Made by a program: the position numbers and the translations under genes. A stretch of DNA of 64,000 nucleotides from Eledone cirrhosa (taxonomy: Eukaryota): contig OZ024745.1 of assembly GCA_964016885.1 (NCBI GenBank), forward strand, positions 131,316,001 through 131,380,000. Reading direction: 5' to 3'. Below the pieces are notes generated by a model. It had not been told where the DNA came from. It did not search any database and saw only the letters and a list, made by a program, of their open reading frames with translations. This document shows, one piece after another, positions 29,563-51,857 of this stretch; positions within the stretch are counted from its first letter, which is position 1, and every line of letters begins with the position of its first letter.

Positions 29563-29565
29563 ATA

Positions 29566-29605
<40 letters not shown>

Positions 29606-29890
29606 TATGCATATATATATATCTCTCTCTCTCTCTCTATATATATATATGCTTATATATATATATATATATATATATATGCTTATATATATATCTATAT
29701 ATATATATATATATATATATATGCTTATATATATATCTATATATATATATATATATATATATGCTTATATATATATCTATATATATATATATATATATAT
29801 GCATATATATATATATGCATATATATATATATGCATATATATATGCATATATATATATATGCATATATATATATATATGCATATATATGC

Positions 29891-29923
<33 letters not shown>

Positions 29924-29975
29924 TATATGCATATATATGTATATATATATATATGCATATATATATATATATATA
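29563..29975. repeat. (TA)n-TGCA satellite, block 5 (with TGCTT/TCTA variants)
   Basis: Direct inspection. Confidence 0.95.
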
Positions 29976-30072
29976 TTTTTAATATAGATGACATCCTACA
30001 GGACTAGAACTGTTTCATTCTTTAGAAATCATCAGGAATTTGGGTATCAAAAAATAAATATGGTATTTATAG

Positions 30073-31805
30073 GTCATCCAGCGGAGCATGCAAGCTCCGT
30101 TCCTCTCCAGTCTGCGTATATCCTCTGCACATAATGCCCAAGTCTCACTGCCATGTAACATTGCTGTTCGTATGCTGTTCGTATGCAGCCTTTCATTTTT
30201 AGAGAGAACCCTTTAGCGGTCAATAGTGGTATAAGCTCTCTGAACTTTTTCCATCCTGTTCTGACTCTAGCTACTGTACTTTCGGAGCACCCTCCACCAC
30301 TGCTGATTTTGTCACCCAGGTAACGGAAGGTGTCCACTATTTCTATAGAACCATCTGTGCAATGGACTGAGCTAGTATTCTGTGGGCACTTGCTGCTACT
30401 TATTGCACCTGAGAACCGGCCACATATAAAATCTATATTCTTAGTTAGCTTACCTGTGATCCCACTACATCTTTTATGCACCCATACTTTGCATTTTGGA
30501 CATAAAAGGAGTTTCTGCCTACTCCTTTCCTACACACTGAGCATGGCCATTTCCCAGATGGGACCGGTGCCCTATTTTCCTTCCTACAAACTAGAACTTT
30601 AGTCTTAGACAGGTTAATTTTAAGGCCTTTTGATTCTAGGCCATGCTTCCATGTTTGGAATTTCTTCTCTAGTTCAGCCATTGATTCAGCTATGAGTATT
30701 AGATCATCTACGTATAGGAGTTCCCATGGGCAGCCGGTCTTGAACTCCTCTGTTATAGCCTGAAGGGCAATAATCAATAGTAGTGGGCTAAGAACACCAA
30801 CTTTTTCGCTAAACTCTTCACTATATTCGTTGTTAATTCTAACCTTGCTGACTGTTTCTTTATACATGGCTTGTATAGCTCTCACAAGCCATTCATCAAC
30901 ACCTAGTTTTCTAAGAGCCCACCAGATAATGGAGCGAGGGACTCTGTCAAAGGCTTTCTCCAAGTCAACAAAAGCTAATATAGGGGTTTACTTTTAGCTA
31001 GGTACTTCTCCTGTAGTTGTCATACAATGAAAAGAGCGTCTGTGGTACTTTTATCTGACACAAACCCGAACTGCATTTCATCTAGATCAATTTTCTCTCT
31101 GATTAGTTGCGCTATTACTTTTTCTGTGACCTTCATGACAGGTCGATTAATTTAAGGCCTCTATAGTTACCCCTTCGGAACGACCCCATTCTGTATGACT
31201 CGGTTTACTATCCGGGTGACCATAGTGTGTCCCACTGTTCCAGATGCTTTCAGCATTTCAGCAACTGTTTCCGAAGGCCCAGCCGCCTTACCCATCTTCA
31301 TATCTTTGATTGCCTTACTTATTATACTACCTTCAACTTGCACTGCTGGTCCCTCTATTGGATCGATGATGGGGAGACTGTCTTTCTCCCATTTATTCTC
31401 CTCATTTAGTAGCCTTTCGTAGTGACACTTCCAAGCTACCTTCTTATCAACGTCAGTGATGGCAAGTACACCATCATCATTAAGGACACACTTCTCCCCG
31501 ACAATATCACGGTTTTCCTTGACACACTGCCTAGCAATCCTGAACACCTCACGTTTTTGGTCCTCGCGTTGTAGAACATGCTTGAACTTTCTTTCCTCTG
31601 CTTCCCTTCTTGCGAAGTACACTTGTCTCCTAGCTTCCCTCCTGGCCACTTGATAGTCTTCTCTACTTCCCCCATCCTGCCATACTTTCTAAGCCTGCTT
31701 TTTGGCCTTAATTGACTCCTCCACCTTACTGTTCCACCACCACATTACCCTCCTCCTGCCTATAGGCCTGCTCCAGCCACAGACTTCATCTGCCGCCTTC
31801 AGCAT
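30073..31805 (-). mobile_element. Degenerate RTE LINE (subfamily B) internal fragment, RT region
   Basis: Frameshifted ORFs [43 protein letters not shown]. Confidence 0.93.
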
Positions 31806-32459
31806 CATGTATATATGTATGTGTGTACATGTGCATAGATACATATATATATGTGTGTGTGGTGTTGGTAATAGTAGTAGTATTAGTAGTTGTAGTGGTA
31901 GTAGTAGTAGTTGGTGTTATAGATATCTGTAAACATATTCGCAACACAGAGAAAATAATCTGATAAGCCTCAAAGGGAAAAATACAAAAGATATTGTAAT
32001 GAGACCAAGTTTGCTACTACTACAGCCTGTTTAATGAAGTATGCTGGGTTATAATGAGGTTTATTGGGATTACAAGAGTTTTCTTACTTTGGTACTCAGC
32101 CAATTCTTATAAGAAAAGTGTACAAACAATTGAATCAACTTCAGTAAATATTGGCACTCTCGAAGGATGGGATAAAAACTTGAAATCAGAACCTAAAATA
32201 ATGAAATAAAATACAGAAATACATTGCATACTGACTTTGAACTGTTTCAGTTCAACACACATTAAAGTATTCTAAAAAGGTTTGGGTGTTTTAATTAGTG
32301 ACAATAAGGACTGTTGTACACCCTTCTAGTTTGATATGATTGAGGTTGAGTTTGAACATCAGCAGGTTGACATATGTAAAACTTGTGTGAACAGGGCAGC
32401 TATTCTAAAGACATATAGATCTGAGGTTAAATGATTGATCAAAGTGTTTAAGTCTTTCA

Positions 32460-32680
32460 AGACCACATTTCTAATGAAATACACTTTGTGTCAGTTAATT
32501 AATAAAGAGTTTTGAGGGATTTATTAAATTTATTAATTATTTCATTACTAAGATAGTAACTTAATGTAAGGTTCTTATATAAAATTATGTAGCAAGATTT
32601 TAATTTAAATTGGAAACCTTTAAAATGTGTGGCTTTATTTGAACCAGATTTTGGCTGGATTGGTAACCAAAGTGTTAATG
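32460..32680 (+). mobile_element. piggyBac-like MITE (family 2)
   Basis: Homologous to 60963-61200, which ends AAAGGG-TTAA. Confidence 0.6.
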
Positions 32681-33149
32681 CTGGGTTTATGATGTGAATT
32701 AGCTGGGTCAGAAACAGTATATGGCTGACGGCTAGTTCAAATTCAAAGGAGCAGAGACTGATTGTAGTAGAAAAAACAGAAGAAAGAATAAACAGTGTAT
32801 TTATGAGCCAGTTGCAGCATCTCAGTAAGTGAGTCTTTGCTAGCCAACCTTCTGTTGGGTGTGATCAAGATATATGAGCTGTACTTAAAAGTCTGCTTTA
32901 CATAAACTTTGAAAACAATCAGAAGTGAAGTATTTTTTTCTGATTGCGAAAAGTCTTTGGGATGCAGCTTTAGCAATGTTATATATATGTGTATATATAT
33001 ATATATCATTCTTCATGATTTCATACAAATGAAACAGTTCTAGTCCTGTAGAAAGCCTCTCTATATTAAATATGATGTTCACACTCTACTTGTGTACTTT
33101 GTTAGCTGTGGCTGCCCTTGATTTAACTCAGGATCTAAATATATAAATG

Positions 33150-33330
33150 GCCCCCAGTACTCACTGTAAATGAGGTTGGTGTTAGGAAGGGCATTCAGCT
33201 GTAGAAATCAAGCCCAAATCAGTTCTGTATGAGCAAGACAGGGTCACCTGACCTGGCATTGCCCACAACAGGACAACCTGTCTAACCCATGCTAGTGTGG
33301 AAGAATGGACATAAAATGGTGATGATGATG
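33150..33330 (+). mobile_element. SINE/RTE 3'-end fragment with (GAT)n tail
   Basis: GGTTGGTGTTAGGAAGGGCATTCAGCTGTAGAAA..AACCCATGCTAGTGTGGAAGAATGGACATAAAAT(GAT)n. Confidence 0.75.
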
Positions 33331-33622
33331 TGTGTGTGTGAGAGAGATAGAGAGAGAGATTTCATGAAGGCTTTAGTTGTTAGCCTTTCATTCACAAAGG
33401 TGTAGTGACAGACTGCTTCCTTGATAAGAGCAGTGGTTGTGTCTTTGAGTTGCTTGATCCTCACCAGGGGATGTTTTCATGTAAAGTCTCACTTCATGGA
33501 AACAATGTATGTCTGGAATGAAGTATCTAGATTCTATGTGAATAAAATCTGCTTGCAGATGAAGAAGGAATGAGAAACGTATCATCTATGCCTGCATGGT
33601 CCCATTATGAGGGGGTTGTAGG

Positions 33623-34201
33623 GCTGCCGTATTGACATCTGCTGTATTGACATCTGCCGTATTGACATCTGCTGTATTGACATCTGCCGTATTGACAGCT
33701 GCTGTATTGATAGCTGCTGTATTGACATCTGCCGTATTGACAGCTGCCGTATTGACATCTGCCGTATTGGCATCTGCTGTATTGATAGCTGCTGTATTGA
33801 CATCTGCCATGTTGACATCTGCCGTATTGACAGCTGCCGTATTGGCATCTGCTGTATTGACATCTGCCGTATTGACAGCTGCCATGTTGGCAGCTGCTGT
33901 ATTGACATCTGCCGTATTGATAGCTGCCGTATTGGCATCTGCCGTATTGACATCTGCCGTATTGGCATCTGCTGTATTGACATCTGCCGTATTGGCATCT
34001 GCTGTATTGACATCTGCCGTATTGACAGCTGCCATGTTGGCAGCTGCTGTATTGACATCTGCCGTATTGACAGCTGCCGCATTGACATCTGCTGTATTGA
34101 CAGCTGCTGTATTGATAGCTGCCATGTTGACATCTGCCGTATTGGCATCTGCCGTATTGACAGCTGCCGTATTGACAGCTGCCGTATTGACATCTGCCGT
34201 T
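33623..34201. repeat. 15-bp minisatellite (TATTGACAKCTGCYG), ~38 copies
   Basis: Tandem units; source of four pentapeptide-repeat ORFs. Confidence 0.95.
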
Positions 34202-35084
34202 TCTAGGACATTTCTTTAAACCTGGCAAAACTCATTTTCTCTCCATCTATAAAGGACACCAAACATGGATCAAGGCTTTGCTAATGACAAGGGCAGCAAC
34301 ATTGCTTTTGTTTAAGTTCTCAAGGCTGAGAGACCACTGTTGTGTGTTGTGAGAGAGAGAGAGAGAGAGTGTTTTGATAGATCTGGATTAAAGAAATTAT
34401 AATTGCATTAATGAAAAGGAAGAGATTCAAAGGAAATAAAAAGGTGGTTAACTGTGGGTATTGTTATTTTATATTCCTTTGTAATACTGGATGCAGGAGC
34501 AAAAGACCAGAAATATTTGGTCAAAGAAGGATGAACCTTTGCAGTTTACCATTGAATAAGATGAATATCAAGAGAGAAAGAGGGAGAGTGAGAGAGAGAA
34601 TTGAAAGGTTTGGTGAGGGTATGAGCTAGTATTAGAGTGCATTTTAAAAATAACGGAAAGGAAATATCAAGACTGGTCACTTTGTTGTATTGAAGTAAAG
34701 TTTTCTTATTTGACAATTGTATGTAAAATAAAGAAGAAAACTTTAGTAGAGTTTTGTAGTGTAAAGCTGGAGGCAAATGAGCATCAAATGTGATAGTTTT
34801 AGCAGCAGAACTTGTGGCAGTTTGAGGAGTATTCAACTAATACACCTCAAGAGAGTTCTGCATAGAGGCATGAAACTGAAACCTTAGATACAATATTTTG
34901 TGCCAGAGAGTTCACAGGCTGTACAATGCCTAAATACATTCTTTCCCTTGTTGACGATTATCTTACAGGCATGGGTGGATATGGAAAGACAACTCTTGGC
35001 TGGTAACGAGGGAGAACTTCCACTAGTAAAGAGAGCCTGTCAATAAAGTCTTGTATTTTCTCATCTTTGTATTTTGTTTTTACT

Positions 35085-36287
35085 CTAGACAGGAGCAACT
35101 ACCAGGGAATAAAACTAACAGACCTGGTTATGAAAGTGACAGAAAGAGTTCTAGCACAATTAATTGGGGGAAAAAGTCAAAGTAGATGAGATGTTATTCA
35201 GTTTTATGCTAGGCAGAGGCACCACAGATGCCTTCTTTATAATAACTACAAGAGTAAGCCTATATATCTAGCTTTTGTTGATCATGAGAAAACCTTTGAC
35301 AGAGTACCCCAATCTATCTTCTGGAGGTCCTTAATGAAACTACGTGTTGAAGAGTTGCTTGTGAGAGGAGTGAAAACCATGTACAGAGGAGCTGTTAGTA
35401 ATGTGAGAATAGAAAGTGAGTTTAGAGAGGAATTCAAGGTACAATTATAAGTATATCAGGGCATCCAGCCGTAGAAAACACTCCTATACGAGCAAGACAA
35501 CCAATCTTGCCTCAAGTGGGACAATTCCCATCTAAACCTATGCTAGCGTGGAAGATAGACGTTAAATGATGATGATGACAACAGGTGTAGTAGGATAATA
35601 GGCAGACTATCAGGAAAGGAAGACGTATGTAGATGTTGAGGGTGAAGTGCTAGGAAGAGGGGCAGAGATATAAACCTATTCCAATCCCAGGAAAGATCAG
35701 TAGAAGTGGTTGATAGCTTCTACTATCTAGGTGATATAATTAGCAGTGGAGGAGGGTACTCTGAGAGCATAGTAGCTAGAATATGGACAGGATGGAAGAA
35801 GTTTAGGGAAATACTACCTCTGTTGACAACAAAAGTTTTCTCTCTATAACAAAAAGTTGGCTGTATGACACCTGTGTGCAAAATGCCTTGCTGACTGATA
35901 ATAAGACATGGGCAGTGATGACAGAGGACAGGTGGAGGCTGGAGAGAAAAGAGGCAAGAGTGCATTGATGGATGTGCAATGTTAGTATGCAAGAACAACA
36001 AAGCATGGATGAATTGAGAAGAGAGAGACTGGATATAAGAGGAATCGGATGTAATGTGCAAGAAAGGAGACTGTGATGGTATGGACTTGTTATACACATG
36101 GATGATGATTGCTGGGTGAAGTAATCTCAGTGGAGGGAAGCCACCTGGGTGGAAGTAGAGAGAGCTGATCTGAAATTGCTGAAGCTCACAGAGGAGATGA
36201 CAAAGGAATGTTTCAAGTAGAGTTATGCTGTACTGAAAATAACCCATGCAACCATGATTCAACGGACATACAATTATGATGATGATA
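35085..36287 (+). mobile_element. Old RTE LINE fragment interrupted by a SINE tail (35460-35579)
   Basis: Degenerate NYQGIKL, EKTFDRV, VVDSFYYLG, WYG motifs and (GAT)n tail. Confidence 0.85.
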
Positions 36288-37549
36288 ATCTATTTAGAAC
36301 ATGTACTGAAGAAAAATTGACAAAATTCCTGGCATAAAAAATTATCGAATTATGCTACAGTGTAGCTGAAATTTGTTGTATGTTACATTTTCTGACAGCT
36401 TCATCTTGTTCAAAGACATGGTAGTAACACCACATACAATGGTCTCCCATATACACACTGCTCCAAAATCGTTGTACTTAACCTTCTTCCATTAAAAAAA
36501 TTACTTCAATAACATATTAAGAGAAACAAACTATCAATTGTTACAAATTTATTATTATTATTATTTTCTTTGTAATTTTTATTCCAATCAAAACTATCAA
36601 ATTCAAGGCTGCAGCTATTGGATGTAGAATTCTCTTTCAGGTGGAATAAAATAAGTTGTTTTTTTTTCTCACTTTTTGGCAGTGGAAACTGTACTGAAAA
36701 TAATATTACTTGGAGAAAGGTGGCATTTAGAACAAATGAAAGAAAATTGGACGCATGCCTGGTTGCCGGCGAAGTTATCTTAACATATAAAGCAGATGTT
36801 CTTTAGTATACACAACTTTGTCAGACATATTTGACCTAACATCAAAGCCTAGCCTCATTACACTACACAACCAATTTATTACTGTATTTCAAGTTTCTTT
36901 ATTCCCCACCTCTTTTATTCCAATGAAGGAATTATTCAGGTCAAATATAAAATATGGCTATAATTAACAAACCATTTAGTATTTATCACCACAATCATTA
37001 CAACCATCACTATCAATTTTATTTTTTATTGCCACCTCTCCTCAATTAATGTTAGACAGCAATTTCATAACTTTTCCTTTTCTGTAGATATGTTTCCATG
37101 TTATGTTGGAAGGCAGGCTTAAAATAATATGCCCTTTTTTGGTTTTCAAGAAAAGTCTTTTATCCTCTATACAGTTAGCAGCACAATGTGTGATGTTAAG
37201 AGGGGAGTGTCCACTCATTGAACAAGCTAGTGTTGTTGTATGCTTATAACCATTTCATTTAACTGGTGCTGCTAATGTTGTTGTTTAACTTCAGATCAGT
37301 CCTGATCTGACCAATTGCCAAAGACAGTCAAGATCATCAGACCAATTGCCAAAGACATTAGAGTCAAGATCATCACATCGTTTTGTGTAGCAGGGATACA
37401 TTGTATCCTTCTTTATTTCAGACAGAGTTTGATTTGGCTGCAATTTCTAGCAAACCAAGCAACTACAGAGAGACTCCCTCATGGCCAAAACAATTATGGT
37501 ATATTTCAGAAGGCTGAGGAAACTGTCATATTTTAAGTATTTATTCTAT

Positions 37550-37870
37550 TGGGATGGACCGAAGCAATACGATTGAGAACACAGGTGGCAGAAATGGGGT
37601 CTCTCCGAAGGGTTTTGGAGTAACGTTACTCAATAAAGTGTGTAGCTCAGAGATCAGAGAATCACTTGCAGGTAGAGCCACTACTTCTCTGAATTGAGAG
37701 ATCACAGCTCCTATACTATGGGCATGTGGTTAGAATGTCTCAGGAAAGAATCACTGGATTGAGCTCAGCTGGTCTTGCTTGGATCAGTTGGGGATGGTTG
37801 CTTCTGACAGAACCTGCTGGAAGGAGTGTTTGAATACTCTGCTCACTTATTCCTGAGAGAATTGAGGAGC
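37550..37870 (+). mobile_element. Degenerate RTE (Expander/Rex3-like) C-terminal fragment
   Basis: AEMGSLRRV..SSEIRESL..VEPLLL.IERSQL..YGHVVRM. Confidence 0.7.
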
Positions 37871-38409
37871 AAAGAAAAAGAAGGGAATATTGTGCTGCAG
37901 TGAAACTAAAATAATAGGGTATCATCTTCAGAAAAAATTAAACTGTTCCCCTCCAAATTCTACTCCCTATAGAAGGTCATTCTATTCACTTCCTCCCTTT
38001 TAAATGTGGATATTGTATGGAAATAATCTGTCTAAATACAACATACAAGAGGAGTTGCAGAGTAACAGATTAAATACTTTTCAGTATTTAATTTTTTACA
38101 TTTATTAAATTAAAATTCCACCAGGGTCAAGGTTATCCTTCACTCAGCATTACCTATAGCTAGACTGTATCACTCCCAGCACCAATTCATTACCCCCATA
38201 ATTATCAACTGCCACCATCTTCAAGTTGTTTACCATATCTTTGTAGGTACCATGTATTTCTTTTGATCTTCATAGTGACTGTAGTGGTTGTATAGAAATT
38301 TACTTGAAAATTTTGATAATATTGGAATCTTTGATTATTATAAGATTTTTAATCCCATTCAACTAAACCCACTAATTATGAAAACAATATTATAAGAAAT
38401 GGCCCCCAC

Positions 38410-46700
<8,291 letters not shown>

Positions 46701-47909
46701 ATACCCTCTTCTTAGTGAGACAACTACAAAAGAAGAATAAGCCACTATATTTAGCTTTTGTTGACCTAGAGAAGGCCTTTGATAGGGTACCTTGATCTGT
46801 CATCTGGTGGTCCCTAAGGAAACTAGGTGTAGAGGAGCTGTCAGTAAAGTGTGAGTAGGAATGGAGTTTAGTGAGGAATTCCAGATACAAGTAGGAGTAC
46901 ATCAGGGTTCGATCCTCAGCCTGCTCTTGTTCATTATAGTTCTCCAAACGATGACAGAGGAGTTTAAGACTGGCTGCCCATGGAAACTTCTCTATGCTGA
47001 CAATCTGGTACTTATAGCAGAATCAGTAGAGGAGCTAGAGAATAAATTCTGGCTATGGAAACAGCAGTTGGAATAAAGAGGAGAGTGAACCTAGCTAAGA
47101 CAAAAGTGTTGATAAGTAGAAAAGAGGACAAAACTCTGATTCCATCAGGGAAATGGCCATGTTTGATATGTAGAAAATAAGTTGGCATAAACTCTATAGA
47201 ATGTACACAATGCATTAGATGTTCAGAGAAATCTGACAGTAGAAGTCACAGTGATAGACACATTTTTCAAATGCAGGTAGGATCAATAGAGGTGGTTGAA
47301 AGCTTCTGGTACCTAGGTAATCAGATTAGCAAGGGTGGAGGGTGCTCTGAGGCCATATTATCTAGAATAATAACTAGTTGGAAGAACTTTAGGGAGCTGC
47401 TTCCTCTGTTGACAAAGAAGGGCTTCTCCCTGTGAACGAAAGGCCGGTTATATGATGTCTGTGTGAGTCACACGATGCTGTATGGTAGTGAGACATGGGC
47501 AGCAACTGCGGAGGATATGCGACAGCTGGAGAGAAATGACGCAAGATTAGTCCGTTGGATGTGCAATGTCAATGTGCGTGAACGACCAAGAATAGATGAG
47601 TTGAGAGAGAAACTGTGTTTAAGGGGGATAAGTTGTGGTGTTCAGGAAAGAAGACTGCGATGGTATGGACATGTGATGCATATGGAGGATGACCGCTGAG
47701 TAAAGAAGTGCCAAGCAATCCCAGTAGAAGGAAGATGCAGTAGATGAAGACCACAAAAATCATGGGCGGAGGTGGTGAGAGCTGACCTCAGATCGCTGAG
47801 ACTCATGGAGGAGATGACGAAGGACCATGACTGATGGAGAGATGCTGTGCTGAATAGGACCTGTCCCACACTTGCAAGCAGGGAAAAGCGGACGTAAAAT
47901 GATGATGAT
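46701..47909 (+). mobile_element. Degenerate 5'-truncated RTE LINE (subfamily A) with (GAT)n tail
   Basis: [35 protein letters not shown]; several stops and deletions; TA-rich flanks on both sides. Confidence 0.93.
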
Positions 47910-49412
47910 ATACATATATATATATACACATACATACATATATATTTATACATATATATATACATACATACATTCACGTATGTATATATATACAAGCTCT
48001 GTACAATACATAGAGCACTCTTTCCTTTACTTTTTCTACAGAAATACTTAAAAAAGATTATATATATATGTGAGTGTTATCTTCCCAAGTAAATGACAGG
48101 GGAAGGGGATGTCAATGAAAATCTCAATAGTAAACTATTGAGATTTTGTTATATAAAATTACTGTAGTCCTTGTTAGAATTCTTTGAACACAATGTGTGG
48201 GTGTCTACTAACATCCTAGGAATGCTACTATGTACTTATTTCATTGCTAAGACATCTTACTTTTTTACATATTCATATTTCTACTAACCAAACATAGTTA
48301 TTCTACTGTTATCAATCTAGAATCTTCACTGCTTTGCTTCTCCACAGTTTATATATCACTTGAAAATATTGAAGAAATTACACCTATTTACATTTCATGT
48401 TCAAATCCTTTCACGGTCAACTTTGCCTTTCATCCTTCAGGGAGGAAGTCAATAAATTACTTTAGAGTCCCAAATAATCCTATTTTTTCTATAACATATG
48501 GGATTTCTTGTAATGTTCTTTTTTTGTCATGTATAATATTTTTTAATGTCTGAAGAAAATTATCACAAGAATTCTACCACTTAAAATAACATTTTGCCGG
48601 AGATGGATTAGCAAAATTTAATAAGCGGGTGAGGGAGAAAAAGAGCAGGGATGGGGCATTATTCGAGATACGAGAGTATTCTACATGCATAGTGGTCCTG
48701 GCAGATAGGATTTTGAAAGAAAATTTGTTTTTAAAGAATCAGCTATATATGATGCTGTCTGCCGGGACCACAAGGCAAAAGAGAAAAGGAAACCCTGACA
48801 TAAAATAGTTCAAGATACCACTACAAAAATGGAATAGTCAGAGCTGGAATAACTATGACGACAGGTGTATTTGATTAGGGTTAACCTGGGGTTAAATAAC
48901 AACAATAGCTAATGTAGATCACTGTCTTGTGATCAAGAGGTTATATAGGATATAAAAATAATGTTTTGTTTTTCTATGAGTTTATGGCATCTTGGTAAAA
49001 CAACATAATAGATGAAAGACATTTTTAGTATTGAATGATTTAAGTGAATTTCAAATAATGTAATTGTTACAAGTTAACCCATGTAGATTATTTGGGAAGC
49101 CTGTTTTGACAACTTGCATAAATCAAAGACAATTTCTACATTTCAAAAGGTGGTGACAAGTTTTACAAAACAATTATAGTCTAAATAACTCTGTTGATAT
49201 TTTACTGACAATTTTGGAACAACATTTATAATCAACTTCAAATACTAAAGAGGGGAACACGACAGCTAAGTTTATAGACTGCTGAGCTATTATGGTCTAA
49301 AACAGCGGTCACCAACCTTTTGGACCTCACAGACAACTAAATTCATAATTTTAAATCCTGCAGACCACTAATAAACATTTTTTTAAAAAGATAAATACAT
49401 TTGTAAAATAAT

Positions 49413-49566
49413 TGTTTCTATTTTAGGCACAAGGCCAGCAATTACCCAGTGCATTACTGGTACTTTATTTTATCGACCCCGTCAGGATGAAAGGCTAAGT
49501 CAACCTCGATGGGATTTGAACTCAGATCGTAAAGGGACGTAACTATGCTGGAAAGCATGGCGTCTG
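49413..49566 (-). mobile_element. 5'-truncated SINE (family 1) with 16-bp TSD
   Basis: TSD ACATTTGTAAAATAAT at 49397-49412 and 49567-49582. Confidence 0.9.
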
Positions 49567-49765
49567 ACATTTGTAAAATAATGATCAGAGAACTTCCATT
49601 TTATTAATATAAAATTCACCTATTAAATATAACAAAATTATAAATACTGAAGTCTATGTGTGTCATATTGTCGATAGATGATACATATGTGTAAAATCCT
49701 TTCATGGATGTTAGTTCTTTACTGAGAAGAAACATTTTTTAGTGGGGTTCTAAAATATATCTTAA

Positions 49766-49972
49766 CCCTTTAATGTTCAAACCGGCCCAAACCAGCCAGA
49801 ATTCTCTAGCTCTTTCTGTTGAAACTGGCTGTAACTGGTCACTCAAACTGATGTTAAGGTATTGTTCTCAAAATAAATACTTTCAAAATCTCATAGATTC
49901 GATATTATGCGAGATAAAGCCTTTACCATGAAAATATAACAGTATATATAGAGTAATGTGAATGCTAGAGGG
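49766..49972 (+). mobile_element. piggyBac-like MITE (family 1)
   Basis: TTAA-CCCT...AGGG-TTAA. Confidence 0.88.
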
Positions 49973-50005
49973 TTAACCAAATATTATTTTAATTTTATTA
50001 TTAAT

Positions 50006-50189
50006 TGTTTCTACTTTAGGCACATGGCCAGCAATTACCCAGTGTATTACTGGTACTTTATTTTATCGACCCCGTCAGGATGAAAGGCAAAGTTAACCTC
50101 GGCGGGATTTGAACTCAGATCGTAAAGGGACGTAACTATGCTGGAAAGCATGGCGTCCGACCCTCTACCGATACTGCCAATCCACCGCC
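50006..50189 (-). mobile_element. Full-length SINE (family 1) with 19-bp TSD
   Basis: TSD TTTTAATTTTATTATTAAT at 49987-50005 and 50190-50208; A/B-box-like motifs. Confidence 0.92.
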
Positions 50190-50399
50190 TTTTAATTTTA
50201 TTATTAATAAAACATAAAACTTGCAAATAATGTCCACATTTTTCTGCAGACCAACATTTTCTCTCAGACCACTGGTTGCTGACCCACAGGTCTAAAATAT
50301 ATTCATGTTGTTTTATAGCTCACACCTATGCAGGTTTAGCTGGCCTCCTCCAATGTATATCTCGGAGGTGACTTGGGTGATTTAATGATAGGGACCCCA

Positions 50400-50555
50400 G
50401 TCCTATCATCTCATTTTTACAGCTGAGTAAACTGGAGCAATGTGAAATAAAGTGTCTTGCTCAAGACAACAACACATCACCCGGTCCGAGAATTGAACTC
50501 ACAACCTTTTGATTGCAAGCCCAATGCTCTAACTACTAAGCCATGCACCTTCATG
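50400..50555 (-). mobile_element. tRNA-derived SINE head (family 2)
   Basis: Closely similar to 8400-8540. Confidence 0.85.
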
Positions 50556-50941
50556 TATTCATAGAGAGGTTTTGCTGCTATATCAAATAGCAGTAAAGCA
50601 GGCTAGTTTATTTGAAAATGTTCTTGGAGTAGGTGGAATTCTAGACAATTGTTGTATATTATAACATTTAATCACAGACACAAGGTGAAATAAGTACACA
50701 CCATTTTGTACATTGACACAACTAAAACAATTGAATAATTCAAAATCTAAACCCGACACCTTACAGTACCAGAGTTGAGCACCTGAGATAATCAACTGCT
50801 ATATCACTAAAAGGAGAAAAGAAATGGTTTTTCCTTGAGTGAGAGATATTGTGTGTGAGAGAGGAGGAGAGAGAGATATTGTGTGTGTGTGGGAGAGGGA
50901 GGGATGTGATGATTACAAAAGTCTACAGAATAGATAAAAGC

Positions 50942-51268
50942 AGAATTCTCACCTCTTTCTGTTCAAACCGGCCATAACCGACCACTCATGCTGATGTTAA
51001 GGTATTGTTCTTGAGATAAATAAGATCATTAAAATCTCATAGATTCCATATTACATGAAATAATTATGTGAGGTAAAGCCTTTACTGTGAAAATACAATA
51101 GTATATTTAGAGTAATGTAAATGTTATGTGAGATATTATGTGAGGTAAAGCCTTTACTGTGAAAATACAATACTATATATAGAGTAATGTAAATGTTATG
51201 TGAGATATTATGTGAAGTAAAGCCTTTACTGTGAAAATACAATAGTATATATAGAGTAATGTAAATAC
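50942..51268 (+). mobile_element. piggyBac-like MITE (family 1) fragment with a triplicated ~70-bp internal unit
   Basis: TTATGTGAGGTAAAGCCTTTACTGTGAAAATACAATAG..GTAATGTAAAT x3. Confidence 0.75.
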
Positions 51269-51619
51269 AAAATACATGTAACTGCTATAATCAGACAACT
51301 ACATTGACACTTTCAAATTAACACAATTTCAGCTGTAAAATGAAATAATAGAAATTATAAACCTAGCCTTTCACAGAGAGAGAGAGATAGAAATATTGTT
51401 CAGCTTTAATCAGGTTTAGCAATCTGTAAAACATGGCTTGTAAGAAACTATTACAAAAATCTTATGACAAAAGAAAAATAGTCCAAACCTACTTATTATG
51501 AAGGACATCTTAGAGCAGCTTGTAAAAAAGTTGTTTCTGTGGGACAGGCTGATTATAAAAACAAATTGCTTTGTTTGGTAACTTCTGCTTCTTGAAATAA
51601 ATGGTAATGGAATACTTAT

Positions 51620-51785
51620 AAAATAGTGCAGTAACGGTAGAGGGTCGGACGCCATGCTTTGACGCATTCTGAGTTCAAATCCCGCCGCGGTTAACTTTGC
51701 CTTTCATCCTTATAGAGTCGATAAAATAGAAGTACCAGTAATACACTGGGATAATTGCTGGCCTTGTGCCAAAAGTAGAAATAAT
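51620..51785 (+). mobile_element. tRNA-derived SINE (family 1)
   Basis: GAGTTCAAATCCCGCC..CTTTGCCTTTCATCC..GTCGATAAAATAGAAGTACCAGT. Confidence 0.88.
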
Positions 51786-51851
51786 TAAATTATTAAAATA
51801 AAAAGAAATAACATCTTATTTTCACGTTTCAACAAATTATCAATAGAACAT

Positions 51852-51857
51852 TTTATT
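51852..51857 (-). terminator. Candidate AATAAA polyadenylation signal for the 52631-53239 gene
   Basis: AATAAA on the minus strand ~780 nt downstream of the stop, after a repeat-free T-rich 3'UTR-like stretch. Confidence 0.35.

Larger units (their letters stand above)
49303..50289. mobile_element. hAT MITE hosting nested insertions
   Basis: TIRs CAGCGGTCACCAACC / GGTTGCTGACCCACAG; perfect 8-bp TSD GTCTAAAA (49295-49302, 50290-50297). Confidence 0.88.

Noticed and set aside
29985-30040. CTGATGA..GAAAC hammerhead-like motif on the minus strand (related copy at ~33005-33070)
   Set aside because: Stems I and III cannot be formed convincingly and the second copy has lost the core; probably a decayed Penelope end.
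33582-34228. Antifreeze/pentapeptide-like ORFs (NTADV, GRCQY repeats)
   Set aside because: A 15-bp minisatellite open in four frames, with no splice sites, signal peptide or unique coding flanks.
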